Source of the DNA: Eledone cirrhosa | Lineage: Eukaryota | Length of the DNA stretch: 64,000 nucleotides | NCBI GenBank assembly: GCA_964016885.1 | Contig: OZ024740.1 | Coordinates: forward strand, 126,108,001-126,172,000 | Direction of reading: 5' to 3' | Translations under genes and position numbers: made by a program | Notes under the pieces: model-generated | Databases searched by the model: none | Seen by the model: the letters and a program-made list of their open reading frames with translations, nothing else | What the model was told of the DNA's origin: nothing | Shown here: positions 57,150 through 64,000 of the stretch, piece after piece | How positions within the stretch are numbered: the first letter of the stretch is position 1 | How the letters are laid out: each line of letters starts with the position of its first letter

Positions 57150-57904
57150 ACGTGCACACGTACACACACACACACAAATATATATATATGCGCAACAGAC
57201 AAACATATATCATACACATGTCCTTGTCTTGTGCTTAAGAATTTATACATCCGTGTATAGGAATGTACACACACACACACATACACACACACACACATAC
57301 GCACACACATACACATAGAGGAATACAACATACATGGATGTGTACGTGAGTGTATATGAATGTGTATAATATATATGTTTACATCAATATGTTCCAGCCT
57401 TTTTTTCTCTGTGTCACTCTTTCGCCAATATTTCTATTTCCTTTATTTATATCCAATTGTATTTCTTTTCTTTGTTTCTACCTCCGTCTTTCACGGTCGC
57501 TAACCAAAGATGGATGCAATTTCTCTATTGATTCGGATAAATAGCTGAGTGTATGAAGACAGGATCTTGCGAGCAAAACAGACAGATAGATGCAGAGATA
57601 GATGATATTGAACTAGCAGAATAAAAAGAAAAGAACAAGAGACAGTTAGGGAGTGAGTAAGAGAGAGAGAGAGAGATAGAGAGATAGAGAGAGAGTTGGA
57701 GGAAAGAGAGAGAGAGATTAGATATCAAGGTGAAATAGAAGAGAAATGAAATTAGATAATCGTAATAAACATTAGAAAACAAGAGTTAGTTGGAAGAACA
57801 TACGATAAATAAGTATATATCTATAGGGGTTATGTCATCTATCTATCTCTTTTAATATCTATCTATGTGTTTCTCTCTCCCTCCACCCCTCTCTCTCTCT
57901 CTCA

Positions 57905-57955
<51 letters not shown>

Positions 57956-60170
57956 TATATATATATATATGTATGTGTGTATGTGAGTGTGTATGTGTAA
58001 ACGGGAGAGAGATTGAGAGATCGAGAGAGAGAACAATTTAGACGAATATGTAGACAGATGCACACACGCTCAAATACAAACATACTTATATATATTGATA
58101 GGTAATAGCTAAATAAATGTTAGATAGATAGATGGATAGACAGACAGACAGATAGATAGATATACATAAATATATAGATGGATAGATCGATAGATGGATG
58201 GATAGATAGATAGATAGATAGAAAGATAGATAGATAGATAAGTAGAGTAATAGAGTGACAAAATAAGAAAGGCAGAAAAATATACAATGATAAGGGTTAT
58301 ACCCACTAATGGAATAAGAGAGAAAATGGGTTATAGGTTGAAATATAGAAAACGACAGAAATAAAAGCGATGAAAATGTTATACTGTATACTGAGCTGTA
58401 TTTCTTTTTATATGTCGAGGATTATGAAAGAATAGTGTGAATATATAGGGTTCTAAGATGAACAATAAATGCTTGAGAAATCAATATCTAGCCGAGAAAG
58501 CTGCGGTTTACAGAAACGGTTGAAGTGTATGTTTGAGGAAGTGATGTCAGTTCAAAGAGCTGGCTCAATTATTCATCTAACTGATATTGCAAAAGCTATG
58601 AGAATTAGGTCAAGTGGACATAGCATTTAAGTACCGCTAGCGCATATATCTAGTTTTAGTGGGCGATTACTAGCTATGCTTGATGATACTATAGAGAACT
58701 GCTCAAGTAGATATCGAAGGTATATAACAATAGCTCAGACAGAGGTTTGAAGATGCCATCCAATTAACATCTTAAAATAGATAATAGGTGATATAGGAGC
58801 ATTCTATAAGAATAGAGTTTCTACGTCACTTGAGGACACATGGCTTGGTAATTAAAATACTGTGCTCACGGCCGTAATAATCATGTGGTTGATACGTGAA
58901 CTGCGCGTCGCCTTATATCCCAGAGCCAGACACATTATTTCATGTAGCTCCAATCCATTTAGCTGGAAGGAATTAGGTAGTTGCGACGTCACTGGTGCAA
59001 CGATGTGTCAACTTTCGCCTTTTTTCATTTTGAAAACATTGGTTTCACGGAGAAGGGAGATTTGTAGGCAAAGGCGACTGTTGGTCTTCCATAAAGTACC
59101 CTGTCCATGCTTGGGCTTCGGAGATGCGAGCTCATGATTAGTCAGTCCTGATTACAAAACATTCTACGCAATTCAATATATCTGTTAATGTTTCTCTTTC
59201 ATTTTTCCGATAATGACTGCGTATGTGATGCTAGGTTAGAATCAACGGAATTGAACTGAAAAAGACACAACTAGAAATCGGAACTAGGTTATGGGATGGA
59301 ATTAGCTCTCATTCTCAAAGGCATTCAATCCAGTAATCTAAATAAAATTTAAGTCAAATAAGAAAAAAAACGCAATTACTATAAAAGTGGTTATGATATT
59401 TAATTCTTCTCTTCTTTCTCTTACAATTCTGAAATCAACATTCCAGAATTATTTATAGAATAGGTAGGATAAATATTGAAATGAATATTAAATAATTAAC
59501 AGGGAGAAAAAATATCTATAAAAGTGAACTCGAAAAATGGTCTCCTCAGACAGTATTGCAAATTATTAATGTATATCTGTTTTTTTTTTAATAAGTAACG
59601 TCTAGCTTCTGTATATGAAATGGCCACATCATATTTAAGGAATTGTAATTATTTCTGCTCCACAAACCCTGAAACTGTAGCTATCTTCTTATTGAATAAT
59701 GTGTAAGAATTTATCCGAATTTGGTGCGTGAACATTGGTACCGTTTTAAATGTTCAGCTCCTCAACTTAAGGTCGTGAGTTCGGTTTATGGTGGCAAGTT
59801 TTGTCGTTGAATGAGAAACTTTATTTTATATTTGAGGAAAATGAGTTGTACCTGTAATTCAAAGACGACATTGACACACAGATTCTCCTTGGATCTTCCT
59901 AGGTGGCTAGGAAATGTTAGGAATTCACGTACAGGCTGTTGTGTAGATCGGATAAATTGAATACTCACTGTCGTAAACAGTGAAGATACAACAGGTTGCT
60001 GCATGCGAAAATTTAAAATGTTGTGATTTTCTTTATATAATTATCAACACATCACATAGTTGTATGCGTAAAAAAAGTTAATTGAAAATGTTGAGATATA
60101 ATTTATTCACCTGTTATAAATGAAAATTTAGAAATGATCTAGAGGCTAATTAAAATTACCAATGCGCTAT

Positions 60171-60292
<122 letters not shown>

Positions 60293-60921
60293 AACGGTGT
60301 AGTTTCGTATACGTGTATGTATTTAGATATTTATTGTGTATCACCCTGTTACGCGCGTTTTTCAGAGGATTGGCACAGGCTCACCCACGTAATTTATGAA
60401 GCCGACTCCGTCGCCGATCTGCTTTTTGGACTGGCGATGCTGCAAATAGTATATTCTTTGCTGCCTGTGGTGGTATAAAAAAGCACTCTGCCTGTGCATC
60501 AAATGCTTGTTTAGGTACCACCACCAGTAATTCCTTGAATCACATAAACTATATATAAATATGTATATGAAAGTATAAACCCGGATAGAACGCCTAGCAA
60601 TTTCGGTTTGTTTGTGGGAAGCCTTCTATAGGGTATGTAATACAGTACACACGTGAGGAAGCTTGCCGGACGCAGGCCGAAACCGCTGGGCGACGAGTTC
60701 AGATTTATATCCTCGTATATATCCACTCTAATCCTTCGCATACATAGAGTACTACTCTGACGTGTGATCTCCCCGCTCTCGGCCCCACCGGATGTATACA
60801 TGCATACACTCACACACACACACACATACATATATATATATTAACTTTGATATATATATTAACTTTGATAGGTTTCGGCCAGTAATGGCCCAGGACATGT
60901 CTAACTTAATAGTACCACCTG

Positions 60922-60994
<73 letters not shown>

Positions 60995-61082
60995 GGGAAT
61001 GTAGTTAACAGGAGGGGCAAATGATGAAAAATATAAAACCAAACAAATCTAAGTAATATTTTACCGGGTGTATTTTAGCATG

Positions 61083-61160
<78 letters not shown>

Positions 61161-61163
<3 letters not shown>

Positions 61164-64000
61164 AGAAAATATAACCCCGACGGCAGAGCTCAAGCCGTTT
61201 CGACGGCTATTTCTGGACTAAAGTATGAGTTTTTTTAGTTTGGTAAATAAATAGCCGAAATTTTCATGGGCACTTCCTTATATGGGAAGATTGCAGTTGT
61301 CAAGAGGATTGGTCAAAATGTGTAGCAGACACAGAAAAGTCTATCAGACAGTGGGTGCGGGTTGGGGGAGGGCTGAACTTGCCTGTAGAACGATAGGGGA
61401 GTGGGTAGAGCCGGTCATTCGTTGAAGGTGAAATCTACACGGTAAATTCTAAGGAAAGTGTATGAAATTAGGCCAGAGTAGGTTGGCGAAAAAAGGTATC
61501 TTTAGAAAATGGAGGAGGGACGTTATAGAATTATAAAATCAAATGAGATTAGGAAACAATGGAAAAATATAATAAAAAAGAATATCATAAAAAATGAGAG
61601 AAAGATATATCAGAATGTAAGATTGGAAAGTGAGAAGTGAAATAAAACAAAAACTAAGGAGGTATAACACAGCTGCTATAATTAGTTGGTGCTGCTTTTT
61701 CGGCCAATGTTATAGAATGGGTTCCTAGATGAGAATTATTGAACATTTAGAATTGTGTATTAAAGATTAATACCACATCGCTGAGATGTAACACAGCTGC
61801 TCTGAATAATTAGTATAGCGTAATCGGCGAATGCTATCTGTAAGTTACTGGGGTGGGGTTACTGAGGCTAAAAAGGCCCAATGGGCTGCCTCGGAGTAGG
61901 CGAAATGGGAAAAAAACAAAGAAACGAAAGAGGAAGAAGTTCAGTGGTGGAAAGAAGTGATAGGAGGAGACAAAGGGAAGAAGAAAACAGAGGAAAAGAA
62001 AAGAGATACATCTACCTATATAAGTTGGGGTTTTCCTTATCTTATTCAGTAAGTGCGGTGTTTCAGCCCTTGTGTCCCCCACCGGATCGTTAGGGGTTTT
62101 GAGGGCGGGGTAAGTCTTCCGCAATCTGTGTTTGCATGCAGTTACCAGTTCGTCTTTTTTGATTAGGAGTTTATCCTTCATAAACAGCATTTGTAATGTT
62201 TCCTCCGAGCATAAGTTACACGGACGACGTCCTCCCGTGTAAAAGTTAGCTCTGGACAGTAAACTGCAAGTAAGATGGTAAGTTATATTATTATATTGGA
62301 GGTCCCAGATATGGCCCGAAAGTGTGGTGGCATGTCGCCGGACCGGGTTTCGGAACGTATGACGGTGTTGGTATAGCCGGGTCTTAAAGTCACAAGCGCT
62401 TAATCCTATATAAGCTTTGTTGCAGGTGTCCGTCCTCGGCGTCTGTTGTTGAGGGGGCACGTAGATCTAACAGGGCAGTTACACCTCCTGGTCGGCTCTC
62501 CACTAATTTCTAGGTTGTTTCTTCGATAGGGGTTGGGTTTTTTGTTGTTTGAAGAGACGATGCTTTGTGCGAAGTTAGCTGAGGTGCTGTAGCATAGCTT
62601 GATAGTGTTTTTGTTGATTATGTTGTTGTAGCGGTGTTGTTGTGGAAAGTGTTTATCGAGGAGCCTAAAGAAGATTTTCCGGATAGGTGTTGCCACCTCG
62701 ATATTGTGGGGAGGATTGAACCACGTTACGTGGCGTCAGCGGCGGCGTCGCCTGCTGGTTCCGCTAAGGGAATCTGGATAAAAGGATATTTCCTCCCGGA
62801 AGCCACTCCGCTTGAGGGCCTGGTTGTAATAAGGCGCATGTTCGTCGAATATCTGCTCATTAGCGGACAAACGAGATATGCGGATGGATATGTTTTTAAC
62901 CAGAATATTGGTGATGTTTCTAGGATGGTTAGAGCAGCGGTGGATGTAGTGCAGGTTGTCGTTTGATTTCCTGTATGGGTAGTACAGATCATTTTCGATG
63001 TTGAAGGTAACGCCCAGGAAATTTACTCGTGTTAGGGACGTTTGTAGGGTGATTTTAAATCCCCAGTCCCGGAAAAGGTTGATAAGTTGTTTACGGACCC
63101 AGTCTGTACTACTGTGGTTGTAGCCTTTGAGGGTAAGGAATCATCGTCTCGGTAAAATCCACCGCCAAATGCGGGAAACATATCGGTGAGTTTAAATAGT
63201 AGGAATAATCCTATAATATCGGTGACCTCGGCCGAATCGGTCGCGCCCATGCTGACGTCGAAGGGGGAGTCGGGAGCTCTCTTTATCCACTTGGTGTTGT
63301 CGAAAAGTAAGACTGTCTTCCTGGCGTGGAGAAAGATATTTATTTCCTGGTCGGTGACGGGCGCGAGTTTTTGGCAAAATCCAAGGCGGCCACAAGGAGC
63401 GGTATGGTAATAGATGCATAGTAACTGTCTATGTCGAACTGGATGAATTTTGTATCCCGTTTGTCCTCAATATTCCTGAACCATGAGATTACTTCCTGGG
63501 TGCTAACCCATAGGCTAAGTATCGCGTTTTGCTTAACTTTTGGTATAACGCGGTCTAGGATTACTGACCCTCCCTATGTCAGACTTCGTCGGGTTTATAA
63601 GCCTGATGGATGGTTTGCGATCAAAGTGGGATTTGTGGTCCTTCAGTGTGAAGTAGGGAGTCCGTCGGTCGAGGGGTTCAGTGCGGTCTGCTACTCCGAG
63701 GCTAGAGGTAAATTGTTGTCCATCTAGATTTATGTCCTCGATAACTGAGTGGTTAGCCTTTTTATAGGTGGAGTTTAGGCTGCTCCTGATCAGTGTGTGG
63801 TATCTGTCCGGGTTGACGAAATAGAGGTTTCCAGTTTTGTTCGAGTGCACCAGGATGTCGTTGGTGCTTTCATACTCCGTTATTTTGCTATGGAGTTGTT
63901 GTAGGAATCGGTTGTGTCTGGGTTTGAATTTAATATCCTTGATCAGTTGGTCATTCTCGAAGGGTGAGAGCATAGGGTTCGGTGGGGGAGATTTGTAGGT
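61161..64000 (-). mobile_element. Penelope-like element, same family as 15883-18700, continues beyond window
   Basis: MGATDSAEV, FYRDD, KHFPQQHRY, CNCPVRSTCP (CxCx5C), AYIGLS; terminal hammerhead-like motif at about 61175-61272. Confidence 0.9.

Overview
AT-rich, microsatellite-dense eukaryotic DNA with no recognisable host gene. The SINE types and (TA)n/(CA)n load suggest an octopus/coleoid genome (inference). It contains four decayed L1/Tx1-clade LINE copies, at least five protein-coding Penelope-like element (PLE) remnants (three Hydra-clade-like, one Neptune-like, one unassigned), mariner, RTE and R4/Dong fragments, and SINEs. The most notable signal is non-coding: a near-perfect 468-bp tandem array folded into a palindrome (26110-29596). 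Every complete unit carries a type I hammerhead ribozyme motif and an octamer box, and diverged relatives occur at 21005-21822 and 34875-35006. This looks like a non-autonomous retrozyme family. Five short hammerhead-bearing fold-back inserts in (TA)n share the same architecture (divergent arms, one arm with an extra tail), pointing to a common PLE-type insertion mechanism. All motif calls were made by eye and coordinates are approximate to a few bases.
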